Made by a program: the position numbers and the translations under genes. From contig OX597815.1 in NCBI GenBank assembly GCA_951406725.2, positions 144,460,001 to 144,524,000 on the forward strand: a stretch of 64,000 bases of DNA. The letters run 5' to 3'. A model generated the notes under the pieces. The model worked only from the letters and a program-made list of their open reading frames with translations, did no database searches and was not told the origin of the DNA. The stretch is from Octopus vulgaris. Taxonomy: Eukaryota. Shown here in pieces: positions 24,351 to 38,190 of the stretch. Position 1 is the stretch's first letter, and each line of letters begins with the position of its first letter.

Positions 24351-24395
24351 TCTGCGTATTGCGATTTCCGGGTTATTTCCCTTCATCAGTACAGA
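24351..24395 (-). ncRNA. Type I hammerhead motif
   Basis: tctgta-CTGATGA-aggg(aaataa)cccg-GAAA-tcgca-ATA-cgcaga. Confidence 0.65.
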
Positions 24396-24679
24396 ATAAT
24401 TGTTCAGCTAGAGGTGGTACTGCCAAATTCCCATTTGAAATATATAGTTTTTTTAAGTAACAACTAGTCACTAACCTATAAATTGGAAAAGTACTATTTG
24501 TAAATCTTACGAGAGATATTCAGCAACAGTACTTTGGAGTAAAGTTTGTTTGCCAACATAACATGGCAGTCCTGGTTCATGATGACTGTTGCAGTAATTT
24601 AGCCCCAGGAGACATTGTCTCCAGCTGGCTATATGACATGATCTGTGTCTTTATATTTTTGAACAAGCACAGAACAATA

Positions 24680-24724
24680 TCTGTGTATTGCGATTTCCAG
24701 GTTATTTCCCTTCATCAGCACAGA
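24680..24724 (-). ncRNA. Type I hammerhead motif
   Basis: tctgtg-CTGATGA-aggg(aaataa)cctg-GAAA-tcgca-ATA-cacaga; perfect 6-bp stem I. Confidence 0.7.
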
Positions 24725-26831
24725 ATAACTGTTTGGCTAGATGATGTCTCCTGGGGCTAAATTACAGTAACATTCGTCCTAAACCAAGACTGCCATGTTA
24801 TGTTGGCAAATAATCTTTACTCCAAAGTACTGTTGCTGAACATCTCACGTTGTGAGATTTACAAATAGTAATTTTCTATATTATCATCTCTGCTACAACC
24901 TTATCCACACCGTCTTTTTCCTTTAGCTTCCCCATTTTGCTTTTAGTACGTACTAGGGCTGAATTTTTCATAGGAGAGCATTCCTATCCCTGTGAGTGAG
25001 AGACTGTAGGGATTGGCAAAGAGGGTGGGAAAATTCTTCTATCTTTTACCAATTTCAGTCATTAGACTGTGGCCATGCTAGGGCACCTTCTTAAAGAATT
25101 TTTAGTCCGACGAGTGAACCTCAAGACATTACTTTTCATAATCTTAAGCCTGGTATTTTGATGAACTGCTAAGTTATGGGGATGTAAACAAACCAACACC
25201 AGTTGTCAAGTGTTGGTAGAGGACAAATACAAACACACGCAAACACACATGATAGATTTCTTTCAGTTTCCATCTACAAATCCACTCAGACGGCTTGGAT
25301 TGGTCTGGCACTTGACCAAAGTGCTATGCACTGGGACTGAACCCGGAATCATGTGGTTGGTAAGCAAACTTATAGCCACACCCACCATGGTTAATACATA
25401 CCAGACTTCCTTAAAATCCATAATCTTCAGAAAGCAGGGATTAGCAGAAAGGGAGAATTATATGGATCAATGGATGAAACTTTGTTTCTTCCTCTCATTA
25501 ATAAAGAGAGGATGAAGGATGGGTATTAAAACAGGGATTTGCTACAAGGCTGGTGGATTGGCAGCATTGTTAAGGCTTTGAGAAAAATTCCAGGTGCTGT
25601 CTTTATGTTCTGTGGGTCTTTACACTTTGTGTTCAAATCCTATTGGAGACAACTTTGCTGTTCATTCCCTCAAGACTGATGAAATCCAGTACCAATCAAT
25701 TACTGGGCTTGATTGTATTGGCAAAGCCCCCTCCCCAACAAAGTGCTGGCCTTGTGCCTAAATTGGAAACAGTAAATTAAAAGAAATAAGGTCACACTCA
25801 TCATAAACATCATCATCATTGTCAGCAGCAGCAGCAACATAAACATCATCATTATTTAGCATCCATTTTCCATGCTGGCAAGCTGGAAAGCTGCACCAGG
25901 CTCCAGTTGTCTGTTTTTGGCAGGGGTTTCTACAGCCGGATGCCCTTCCTCATGCCAACCACTTTACAGAGTGGCACCAACGCTAGTGCTCTTTAAATGA
26001 CACCAACACAGGTGCTTTTTATGTGGTGCCAGCAACAGTGCTTTTTACATGTGACCCCAGCACAGGTGCTCTACATGTGGCATTGGCACAGATATTTTTT
26101 ATGTGGCACTGAAATGGCTGCTTCGTACATGGCACCAGAATGCTTGCTTGTTGCATGGCACAGGTACTTTTTATGTGAGATTAGTGTTTTTGCAAAAGAG
26201 ACTGCTAGAATATGTACAAGACTTGGAAAGTCAGTACCGTCACTTTGTATGACTAATATATTATTCCTATAATACATTAGGGGTGTCCGGTTTTAGTTAA
26301 TTAAGGAATCACTACTCCAACCCCTTATTAAAATGCTATTATACATATCTCTCCTCCCCTTATTTAAAACATCCCTTATTTAAAACATAACCCCTCAACA
26401 ATACACCTGCATTAAATTTACATCTCCCAGTTAATTACTTCCAACTTTCCATTCACAGTTAATTACTATTCACCGTTTTATACACACAGCTTCCTTTTAT
26501 AAACAGAGCATCCATCCACAGACAAACCCAACCACTACACCTTTTCTAATTCGTTAACCAATATTCTTTTTTTTTTCTTTCTTAGCTTTTCTTATCTTAT
26601 CTCATCTCATCTTTCTTTTGATTTATTCTCTTATCTTCCTTATCTTTCTTATCGTATTAATCTTTCTCATCTTCCTCCTCCTCTACCTTATCTGAAATGA
26701 AACACCAACAATGATTAAACTATTTCCTTTTGCTACTACATCCAAGTTATTTCCCTTTAGCTAGGTTTGTACTCTTCATTTTTTTAAATAACGCTCAAAA
26801 AGAAATTAGCCTTCTCCATTTCTAACATCTA

Positions 26832-26867
<36 letters not shown>

Positions 26868-27214
26868 GTAAAAGTATAGGGATTTGGAATCTGATATAAT
26901 CCAGGTTCTGGCAAAACGATTGAACGATGGGGAACATATAGAATTATCTAAGATAGATAAATTATCTGGTGTTTTACTCAACAGGCAAATGCTGAGTTTG
27001 CTTCATTTGATGTTCACAGCATACAGAATATATAAATCAAGACATTTATAAAGAAGAATGGGAAATTATATATCTTCAGAATTTGTTTATTACAATATTA
27101 TTCTCATTAAATTCACATTAGATTCCAATCCATCTGATGTGAATTTAATGAGAATAATATTGTCATAAACAAATTTGGAAGATGTACAAGTCTCCATTCT
27201 TCTTTATCACCATC

Positions 27215-27550
27215 ATCATCACCATCATTTAATGTCCGTTGTCCATGCTGGCAAGGGTTGGATGGTGTGACCAGGGCTGGTAAGCTGGAAGGCTGCATCA
27301 GACTCCAGTCTGATTTGGCATGGTTTTCTAGGGCTGGATGCCCTTCTTAACGCCAACCACTCCAAGAGTGAAATGGGTGCTTTTAGGTGCCATTTGCGTG
27401 ACACCAGTACCTGCCATGACTGCCATTTTGCTCGGCTTGATGGGTCTTCTTCTCAAGCACAACATAATGCCAAAGGTCTTGGTTATTACCTCCGTGAGGC
27501 CCAATGCTCAAAAGGAACTCAGCCTCTTTGCCTCCATGAGGCCCAATGCT
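27215..27550 (-). mobile_element. SINE family D
   Basis: Colinear with 9690-10030. Confidence 0.8.
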
Positions 27551-27562
27551 ATTTTGTTGTGT

Positions 27563-27610
<48 letters not shown>

Positions 27611-28378
27611 ATAGGATTAGCTATACGGTTAAGAATCTTGCTTTGTAGCAATGTGGTTTCAGGTTCAGTCCCACTGCACAGCACCTTGAGCAAGTGTCTT
27701 CTGTTATAACCATGGGCCAACCAATGCCTTGTATGTGAGTTTTATAGATGGAAACTGTATGGAAGCCCATCATTCAACTGGCACAAAGCCACCATTAGCC
27801 TCCCTATACTCCCTCCTTCTAGCTGAGCAGTTACTTGGTGACCCTGTTGGTGCTGGTGCCATGGGAAAAGCACCCAGTATACTCTGTACATTGGTTGACA
27901 TTAGAAAGAGCATCCAGCCATAGAAATGATGCCAAAACTGACAATGGCACCGAGTGTGACACCTAGCCTTACCAGCTCCTGTCAAAATGTCCAACCCATG
28001 CCAGCATGGAAGACAGATATACGATGATGATGATGATATATCAGTGGGCGTTTGTGTTTCTGTGTCCATTCATTTCACCCTCCCTCTCACTTGACAACCA
28101 ATGCAGCAGTTTGTTTTATGTCCTTGTAACTTAGTGGTTTAGCAAAAAAGACTGATAGAATATGTAGTAGACTTTTAAAAATCAGATAATGATGATGATG
28201 ATGATGAGTCAATTTGCCCTAGCATGGCCACAGTCTAATAACTGAAATATATAAAATGCTTCTCTATGAAGGGTTCTGCCCCTCACCCCTACCATCACTG
28301 CCCTGTCAATCTCCACCCCCACATACACACACACACACATTTCATCCCTAAACACTTAACACTCCTCAATCACCTGAG

Positions 28379-28582
28379 CAGGGGTGTAGCTAGGGTGGGG
28401 TAAGCAGGGTATATGCCCTGGGCGCCACTTTGAGTGGGGCGTAATTTTGACCAAAATCATTTTCTAATTGATCCATTAAGAAAAAACAGTTTTGCATTTT
28501 ATTTTATGTGTTTCCGCTTTTTGGTGGGGGGATGCAATTTTGATGCTTGCCCTGGATACCATTTACCCTAGCTACACCCCTG
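28379..28582. mobile_element. hAT-type MITE
   Basis: 18-bp TIR CAGGGGTGTAGCTAGGGT / ACCCTAGCTACACCCCTG; 8-bp TSD cacctgag/tacctgag. Confidence 0.9.
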
Positions 28583-29812
28583 TACCTGAGAGCAGAATAG
28601 GAACACTCTACATTCCCTGGCTTTCTCAGTTATTTTTTCTCCCACCCCCAAACCACTTTGATTTCCCATTTTCTTAATCCTTCAATTCTCTCCACCAATC
28701 TCCTATCTTTACCATCACCTCTCTCTCTCTCTCTGTTGCTCTCCGTACCTTACTCTCCAACTCAATTTCCTTTCTCTTCCAACTGGGGTATCCCTGCATC
28801 TACTCTACAGCAAGTCACCTATATCTGTCCCCTTCTATACTTCTATAAAGCCCACCCCACCTTCTATGCTACTCCCAGTTGAGGAATGTTTGTCTTGAAA
28901 GGTACCTGATGACCCTTATGGTGTGGGTTCCACATAAAAAGCACCCAACATACTCTGTAAAGTGGTTGGCATTAGGAAGGGCATTCAGCTGTTGAAACCA
29001 AGTCAAAACAGACAATGAAATCTGGTGTGGCTCCTGACCTTTTCAGCTCTTGTCAAACTGTCCAACCCATGCCAGCATGGAAAAACAGATGCTAAATGAT
29101 GATGAAGATGATGGTGATGATATATAAATATGTCATGGGCTCTTTCAGTTTCTGTCTATCAAATCCATGAACACAGCTTTAGTCAGCTTGAGGCTGTAAT
29201 AGAAGACAGATGTCATAAAGTGAAACTGAACCCAAGACCACATGATTGGGAAGCAAGCTTTGCAACTGTGCCTAATATATGCACATTTATTATACACACA
29301 GACACATACAGATGTGTGTTTCTTATAATACAATTCTTTTTGCACATCTGGGTAATTCTTAATTATAAGTTCTTTAGAAATAAACAAAAGTCTTAAAATA
29401 GCCACATTAAGTTTGCTTCCATTAATTCTGTTTCTTCTTTATATATCTTTCTACTTATTAAATTTTTTCTAACATAACTCTCCAAGTATGCTAAATTCTT
29501 ATACATGATCTTCCATATGACTCTACAACCTGACCATTTTGCCTGAAAGTTACTTACTCCCCTCTTTGTGAATTCTTTATTGTAACAAAACAAAACAAAA
29601 AAAAACAACAAAAAACAAAAACAAAACAAAACAAAAAAAAGCCCAGAACCTTTTTGCTTGGATAAGCAAAGGAATTGATAATATATGACAATTTACTTTC
29701 TTTAGTTAATTTTCTTTTCTTTAACGAACAATTTTTTAGATTTTCCACTCATCACATTCATAGTCTGTTTTTCAGCAACATAATTATCCAATTATAATTC
29801 TTGTAAAATATA

Positions 29813-30195
29813 GGTGCAGGAGTGGCTGTGTGGCAAGTAGCTTGCTTACCAACCACTTGGTTATGGGTTCAGTCCTACTGTGTGGCACCTTGGGCAAGTG
29901 TCTTCTACTATAGCCCCAGGCCGACCAAAGCCTTGTGAGTGGATTTGGGAGATGGAAATTGAAAGAAGCCTGTTGTATATATGTATGTGTGTGTATATGT
30001 TTGTATGTCTGTGTTTGTCCCCCCAACATCGCTTGACAACTGATGCTGTTGTATTAATGTCCCCGTCACTTAGCGGTTCGGTAAGGGAGACCGATGGAAC
30101 TAGGCTTACAAAAGAATAAGTCCTGCGGTCGATTTGCTCGCCTAAATGCAGTGCTCCAGCATGGCCACAGACAAATGACTGAAACAAGTAAAAGA
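29813..30195 (+). mobile_element. SINE family A, full length
   Basis: Complete head, internal microsatellite and tail. Confidence 0.9.
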
Positions 30196-31017
30196 AAATA
30201 ATAAAAGAATATTCTTTTGTCTTTTGAAAACCACTAAATCCTTTATCTCGCTTTCTCTTTTAGTTGCTTTTCTTTTTGTTTATGTTTCCACTCCTTCTGT
30301 GGAAAAAGATTAACCAGAGATTACTAATTCTTTCTCTCCCTGCTCCCTGTCTATCACCGTATTTCCACCTTACCGTACACAGACAGCTGTTTTAAAATAT
30401 TGTCTGTTATTAGTACAAAGCATTAGATAATTATTTTATTGTATTCAAATTGTTCAAAATGGAAAAGTGTTAGACAATAATGGAGATTTACTGTCATTAA
30501 ATTGGTTTTAAACCTATAGCAGTAAAAATTAGCACTTTTCAAAATTCTTTTTTTTCTCTCTTGTTGTTTTCATAACAACCGGCAGTTTTAATTTTATCAT
30601 TTCACTCCATTCTCCCCCTTTTTGAAAAAAAACAATTTTAATGAAAACAATTATTGTCTAATTATCTTTTGTTTTGAGCTACAGAGGAAGCTCAGTTTAT
30701 GAATGCCTCTCATCACAATCAGATTAGTTTATAATTTTTCGAACATAAACGAAGTGTCTCAAGTAACAAACATACAAGCTGGCAACAATGGTTGGCGACA
30801 AGCTGGGAATATCAGCAGGAGAGCACCAGATGCTTTCTAACTTTCACTCAAGGAACATCCCTGCTCGAATTCACTATGCCTTCTTGTGAATATCCTATGG
30901 GGAAAATAGTTTCAGTTTATGAATATTCCAGATGAGAAACAGCCTTCAGGAACAAATTAAATTCATATACTGATGTTCCACTGCGTTTGTTTGAATACAT
31001 TATGACTATCTGGTACT

Positions 31018-31065
31018 TTGTACTGATGAAGGGCAATATCCTGAAATGGCTGTTGTTGTCTGCAG
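31018..31065 (+). ncRNA. Hammerhead-like motif, CpG-decayed
   Basis: ttgta-CTGATGA-agggcaatatcct-GAAA-tggctgttgtt-GTC-tgcag; stems I and III rely on G-U pairs. Confidence 0.5.
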
Positions 31066-31482
31066 ATATATCATCATCATTATCATCAACATCATTGTAA
31101 TGTCCACTCTCTCATGCATTTTATTGAAGCAAATATTCCACAGCTGGATGCCCTTGTTGTTGCCAACTCTTAACTGTTTCCAGGAAAAGTAATATTTCTG
31201 CATAGCCTGACATGTTTTCACAGAATTTTAGAAATGAATTACATTCCTTTACAACCATCACGCAATATCAAGAGGAGACACAAACATCTCCCCTCTCTCA
31301 CCCCCTTCCTCATTTAAGAATCCATGTATACTTCAGTTAATATATACAAACGGGAACTTGGAACTCTGAGTAACAGTTTCCGTGATGTCTTGGGAGCTTT
31401 ATTCATAAAGTATATTACTCTACCTCTGGTATTCGAGTACTATATTTTCCACCTTGTTTCACATTTACCTGATACTTTGGTA

Positions 31483-31553
<71 letters not shown>

Positions 31554-31924
31554 TGTCCAACCCATGCTAGCATGGAAAACAGACGTTAAATGATGATGAT
31601 GATGATGATGAACTTGGCTAAGTGCTTGTTTATCAAGATTGTCAGATGCTTTAATTTTGTAAACTAATGTTGGGAACCAAGAAAATTCAACCAAGAAGTC
31701 AATCACAGTTGGTCTTCTAAATAAATTATAATAATTGTGATATTTGCAAGTCACAGATAAAGACTGAACAATGATGGCCATAGAGGAGGCTGGGTCTTGG
31801 TCACATTTTTAAAGAGATACAAAATGGCTAAGGTTGCCATAGCCACCAGACGGAGGAAAAGTACCTGCTTTTCCCTGCTGATGGAAGGCACCATCAAGAA
31901 CTTCAGGATTTGACTGATAGACTA

Positions 31925-31957
<33 letters not shown>

Positions 31958-31967
31958 GTTGTAGGTC

Positions 31968-32642
31968 AATGGTTCCCAACTGGGGTCCGTAAGATCTTTG
32001 GGGGTCCTTAAAATATTTTGTTGCTCAAATTTATCTGCAATAAACTTCTTATACTTCTAAGAATACACAAAATATTTTAACAATCTTTTTTATACAATTC
32101 CTTATAATATTTAGGTACAAAAATATAATGAGGCTTTTTTTAAGCATCAGATGGCTAAGGGGGTTCATCCAATTAAAAAAGAAATCAAAGCCAAGTGAAA
32201 TTGTAGCTGTGGCTGATGTCACGTAACTGGCACCCATGCTTGTGGCACATAAAAAGCACCATTCGAGTGCTGGGCCACATGGAGGCAATGTGGCTGATAC
32301 TGGTGTCACATAACAGGCACCCATGCCAGTGGAATGTAAAAGGCACCATTCGAGTGCCGGGCCACATGGAGGCAATGTAACCAATACCAGTGTCACGTAA
32401 CTGGCACCCATGCTGGTGGCACGTAAAAGCACCCAACACAGTCTTGGACTGGTTGGCATTAGGAAGGGCATCCAGCTTTAGAAGCCATGCCAAATCACAC
32501 CAGAGTCTGGTGCAGCCCATCAGCTTATCAGCCCTGGTCAAACAATCCAACCTATGCCAGTATGGACAATGGAAGTTAAATGATGATGATGATGATGATG
32601 ATAAAAGGTATCCACAGGCAAAAAATGGCTGAGAACGACAGG
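31968..32642. mobile_element. Probable hAT-type MITE with a nested family D SINE (about 32185-32600)
   Basis: Left end caatggttcccaac, degenerate right end ggctgagaacgacagg; the nested SINE has internal ~65-bp tandem repeats. Confidence 0.55.
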
Positions 32643-33229
32643 TGTGGTACAGTTGTTGTTGGTAGTGTTATTGTTGCTGCTGTTGTTTCCTTGTTTTTGT
32701 TGCTGTTGTTTAGAAACAAACCAGCCCTAATTGATATTTAACTCTTCATGTACCAAACAGCTCCATGCCATCAGCTGTACTCCATCCCTACAATTTTCTG
32801 GTATTGTGGAATGTCAGAAAATATCATATTCCAACAACACACTTGACCCTGATAGATAAGACTTTGTTTTACTAAGAAACCTGCCATTTAAATGAGAGGA
32901 TAATTGCTGAAGATATTAATCTTTATCATAAAACTAGTTTAATTGGAACTTAAACAAGTCAATGGTTGCAAAACAACTTCCGGTCAAAAGAAACTCAATT
33001 AAATTTACAATATTTGTATTTGTTTATAATCTTCTAAACAGATGATATATTCCTAGTGATAGGGACAGGTTTATTAAACCTGAACAGGAATGGGTGGAAA
33101 GAGATACAAATTAATTTAATCAGCCCTAATATATGACTGGTACTTAGTTCATTAACCCTGAAAGAACAAAACGTTAATTTGATATTGTTGGAATTTGAAA
33201 TCAGAATGTAAAGGGAGGTAACCTAAATA

Positions 33230-33620
33230 AGTGCAGGAGTGGCTGTATGGTAAATAGCTTGCTTATCAACCACATGGTTCTGGGTTCAGTCTCACTGCGT
33301 GACACCTTGAGCTAGTGTATTCTACTATAGCCTCAGGCCAACCAAAGTTTTGTGAGTGGATTTGGTAGATGGAAGCTGAAAGAAGCCCATCATATATATG
33401 TGTGTGTACGTGTGTGTGCATATGTTTGTGTGTCTGTCTTTGTCCTCCCCCAACCATTGACTGAAAACTGATGCTGGTGTGTTTATGTCCCCCATAACTT
33501 AGCAGTTCGGCAAAATAGACTGATAGAATAAGTACCAGGCTTACAAAGAATAAGTCCTGGGGTCAATTTGTTGGACTAAAGGTGGTGCAGTCAAATGACT
33601 GAAACTAATAAAAGAATAAA
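33230..33620 (+). mobile_element. SINE family A, full length
   Basis: Colinear with the 29813 copy. Confidence 0.85.
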
Positions 33621-34897
33621 ATTAGACAATGCATCTAATCTGGTTTGACACAAAAAATCCTTATTTAAAAAATACAGGGTGCAGTAGAAAAAAACCCAAT
33701 AAGTTTTTCTTCTGTGCCTTGTATTTCAGTGTCTTGGACATGGTGTCTTTATGTTTTAACATTTCTTTTTTGTTATATTCATGATTAAACTGGTGCTTAT
33801 CATGTGCTTGTTGTTGAAACATTTACCAAGGATGGTGAATCTTGATGGGGTTTTTTGCTACACTGTACAGAAGCAGGAAGTATTTATATTTCAAGCAGAG
33901 GCTCTTTTTCAAGAAAAGGGAGAAAATAAGAAAAGGTAACAAAAAAAGGAAAAAAAAAAAAAATATCTTTGAACTGTCATTAGAAATCATTGAAAAGTAA
34001 TATTTATGTGTTTTCCTTTCAACTTTAGGTATAAGGCCTGAATTTTTTGGGGAGGGAGCCAGTCGATTAGATTGACCCCAGTATGCAACTGGTACTTAAT
34101 TTATTGACCCCAAAAGGATGAAAGGCAAAGTCGACCACAGCGGAATTTGAACTCAGAACATAAAGACAGATGAAATGCTGCTAAGTATTTCGCCCGGCGT
34201 GTTAACAGTTCTGCGAACTCGCTGATGACAATGATGATGATGATGGCATTAGAAATCATTGAGAGTGAATAATATTTACGTGATTTCTGAGTAGAGGAGA
34301 GTGCAGTAGGGAGTGGGAGAAATGTCATAGAGGGAAGGAATTAGAGGAAGGACAGCTGGTATGTGTTAGTATGTATTATCACAGTAATACGTATGTGTGT
34401 GAATGGAAGAGAGAATCTGTCAATGTGTGTGTGTGTGTGTGTGTGTGTATGAAAAGTTAAGGCTACAGAACAAGGGAGAGAACTATGCATGTACATAAAT
34501 TTGTTATTGTTGTTTGATCCTGAGTCAGCCCTAACTGAGCAGCTCTATACTCAACTGCACTCAAGTGACCAGTCAAACCGTCTGACCCATGCTGGCATGG
34601 GTTGGACGGTTTGACAAGAGTTGGACAGCTGAAAATTAAACCAAGCTCCATTGTCTCTATAGCTGGATGCCTTTCTAAATGCCAACCAATTTATTGAGTG
34701 GACTGGAAGGGCATCCAGCTGTAGAAACTTTGCCAGATTAGATTGGAGTCTAGTGCAGCCTTCTGGCTTGCCAGTCCTCAGTTAAACTGTCCAACCCATG
34801 CCAGAAAGGAAAGCGGACGTTAAATGATGACGATGGATGATGATGATGATGATATATATATATATAATGTGCTTGTGAAAACCCATCAAAGTCAAGT

Positions 34898-35234
34898 CCC
34901 ACTGCGTGGCATCTTGGGCAAGTGTCTTCTGCTACAGCCCCGGGCTGACCAATGCCTTGTGAGTGGATTTGGTAGACGGAAACTGAAAGAAGCCTGTCGT
35001 ATATATGTATATAAGTGTATATGTGTGTGTGTTTGTGTGTCTGTGTTTGTCCCCCCAATATCGCTTGACAACCGATGCTGGTGTGTTTACGTCCCCGTCA
35101 CTTAGCGGTTCGGCAAAAGAGACCGATAGAATAAGTACTGGGCTTACAAAGAATAAGTCCCGGGGTCGATTTGCTCGACTAAAGGCGGTGCTCCAGCATG
35201 GCCGCAGTCAAATGACTGAAACAAGTAAAAAGAG
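34898..35234 (+). mobile_element. Young 5'-truncated family A SINE flanked by a 37-bp direct repeat
   Basis: tatataatgtgcttgtgaaaacccatcaaagtcaagt at 34861-34897 and 35235-35271. Confidence 0.85.
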
Positions 35235-35879
35235 TATATAATGTGCTTGTGAAAACCCATCAAAGTCAAGTAAAATTGCTGTCTTGGCAGATACCTGTGC
35301 TGGTGGCACATAAAACACCCATTACACTCTTGGAGTGGTTGGCATTAGGAAGAACATCCAGCTGTAGAAAACCATGCCAAATGAGACTGGCGTCTTGTGC
35401 AGCCTTCCAGCTTGCCAGCCCTGGTCGAACTATCCAACCCATGCCAGCATGGAAAACGGACGCTAAATGATGATGATTATATATAATGTTAGTACTTGGC
35501 AAACCTTTCAACGATAGCAACGCACCTTCGCCAAAAATGAGCCAAAGGCACACAACGACAAACATATTGAATGTATCAATATAAATATGTATGAATGTAT
35601 GTATTTATGTATAGATGTGTGAATGCATGTGTGTGTGGAGTGGCTCTGGAAGGGGACGTGCTTGTGTGTGTGTGTGTGAGCATATATATATATAGAAAGT
35701 ATGCATTTGTGAATATATTTCACATGTGTTCCTGAATTTATGTCTGTTTAGTTTTTCAAACATTCCAAACACACATTCCATTCTAACGAAAAAAAAAAAA
35801 AAAATTCAGTCCAAGAATCAGTTAACAAACACCCTGTTTAGCCTGTTTTAATGAATATGGTGAAAATATTCAGGAAATA

Positions 35880-35930
35880 AACATTGGTACAAAACTGTTG
35901 CTTTATTCTTCCAATCCAGGTCACGTGACA
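35880..35930. promoter_or_regulatory. Candidate promoter motif cluster: ATTGG (35883), CCAAT (35911) and palindromic E-box GTCACGTGAC (35920-35929)
   Basis: The motifs lie in non-repeat sequence at the CpG-content transition; function is inferred only. Confidence 0.3.
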
Positions 35931-36327
35931 TTCAGCAGACCCCCCAACCCCACCTTATATCTTGCAAAGTCAGCAGATGAACATTTTTTTTATTTTTCAG
36001 TTTAATTATAACTGATTGCTTCTAATTGAGGCATAAGGCAATTAATTTCGAGTGGATGGGGTGGTGTGATGGTTGTGGCGGGGGTTAGTCGAGTATTTCA
36101 CTTGTATTTTATTTTATGGACCCTGAAGAAGATGAAAAGCAATGTCGACTCCGGTGGGATTTGAACTCGGAATATACAAAGCCAAAACAGATACAGCAAA
36201 GCAGTTTTTACTTATTTATTAATTTTTTTTTTTTTTTTGAAGTTGTAACGATTTTGTCAATTCACCTTCTACGCACACACACACATGCACATAAACACAT
36301 CCATACACACAGGCAATCACACACTCA

Positions 36328-36361
<34 letters not shown>

Positions 36362-37848
36362 AATACATCCATACACACAATCAACCACACACTGTGACAC
36401 AAACACGTAATCACACCTACACTCACAGACTGAAACACACACATAAATACATCCATACATACACGTAAACACACTCACAAACACGTAATCACACACACAC
36501 ACACACATAAATACATCCATATACACACGTAAACATATTCACAAACACGTAATCACATATACACACACATAAATACGTCCATACACACACGTAAACACAC
36601 TCACAAACACATATGCAGGTGAATAATGGGGGAAAATGAAAGCTTTTCCATTATTCTTAAACATTGCTTAATTCAATCAAGAGTTTCTCAGAAAAGGGCC
36701 CACCCCACTCCACTCCACCCTGCAAAATGTGTGCGTGTGCCCAACCCAATAGTCGTGTAAAATACGAGAGCATTTTATGTCGAACCTGGTATATATATAT
36801 ATATATATGTGTGTGTGCATGCGTGTGTGCAGGTGCACGGATTTGTCATACTTACTGCAAGTCAAGCAGTCTAAGGGGAATAACCACAATGTCTTCGTTA
36901 GAAAATACTAAGGCGAATAAGAAAGATTTTGTAACGTCTGAAGATAAAATTTAGAAGAGGTTTAATATAAACTGATTATGTAATGAAAATAGTTTTGAAA
37001 TATTTTTCTTGAGCCCTGGGGCTCATAGAGCCTGTTCGTCGGTTTCCATGGTAATAAGGGCTGAAATCGCAACACACTCTGTATGGGATGCCGGTCCGTT
37101 GTACGATTCAAGGCCAACAATTTTGAGAAGAGGGGTTAGTAAATTACATGGACCCCAGTACATGACTGGTACTTTACTTTTATCGATCCCCCGAAGGAAT
37201 GAAAGGCATAGCTGATCTGGACGGAATTTGAACTCAGAACGTAAAGAACCGGAGGAAATGCTGCTAAGCATTTTGTCCGACGTGCCAGCTCGCCAACTTT
37301 TAATTAAACCATAGGAATATATATAATCTTTAATGACTTTTTGTTGCGACTGTTGTTGTTGTTGTTTAACCCCAGGTTAGCCCTAAACCAGCAGACCTTC
37401 TATCAAAGACGTTTTATCTTGATAGTTTTCACCTTGTTCTTCGTGCACAGTGTACCTAAGAGTAGGTTTAGCTGCTTTTTCTAGCCACTTGGGATTTCGA
37501 GTTCGATATAAAATGTTGTTGCTGTTTAGCCCTGGGTCAACCCTAATCAAGCTGATCTTTGATCAAAGACCTTCCAATCAGGAACACGATAACTTGTTTT
37601 CAGGAACGGTGTATCTAGAACTACATAATTCAATATGTCCTTCATTTTTTGCTTCCATTTAGGCAGTTGGGTGTCATTTAGACAGATTTTATCTATCTAT
37701 CTATTTAAAATCCCTTAAATCACATAAAGCTCCTCGTACGGACGCGGCTATCAATCCACATAGTAATCAATTACAAAGAATGTAATGTAGTGTCTATGTA
37801 ACTGAAAATTCAGAAGAGCCAATCAATGAAACTATTTCATGAGAAGTA

Positions 37849-38190
37849 CCGTATTTGATGGTCCCTAAGACGCCCCCATCTTTTTTTTTAACCCCCAAAA
37901 TGGCTTTAAAAATCCTCCTGCGTGCAATGCACTCAATGTGATCTCAAAACTCGCTCAAAACGGAATGTTTACAAAACGTATGTTGCCATCTATTGTGAAC
38001 AATTGCCTACGGTATGTTTATGTCGAATGTGGATGCAATAAACTGCTTATAATTACCGGTAATAACAAAGTTATACAGGTAAGTGGAGGAATTAAAACAT
38101 TGTCTTAGTGGTAATTTATTTTACAAAAGTATAAGCCTCGGCTAGGGTGCGTCCTATGCATTCGTGCGTCTTATAGGCCATCAAATACGG
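37849..38190. mobile_element. pogo/Tc1-mariner-type MITE
   Basis: TA|CCGTATTTGATGG...TAAGACGC and GCGTCTTATAGGCCATCAAATACGG|TA termini. Confidence 0.85.

Larger units (their letters stand above)
24185..24875. mobile_element. Composite tandem plus inverted array of a hammerhead-bearing repeat (Penelope pLTR-like)
   Basis: Two direct units (from about 24185 and 24490) followed by an inverted partial unit (24741-24875); same family at 42870-43025 and 55565-56097. Confidence 0.85.

Noticed and set aside
25960-26175. Short regularly spaced repeats resembling a CRISPR array
   Set aside because: Internal tandem repeats of SINE family D in eukaryotic DNA; no unique spacers or cas genes.
35505-35570. 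Short hydrophobic minus-strand ORF start (MFVVVCLWLIFGEG) as a first exon
   Set aside because: No homology, weak donor sites, and a signal-peptide-like start does not fit a cytosolic ankyrin protein.
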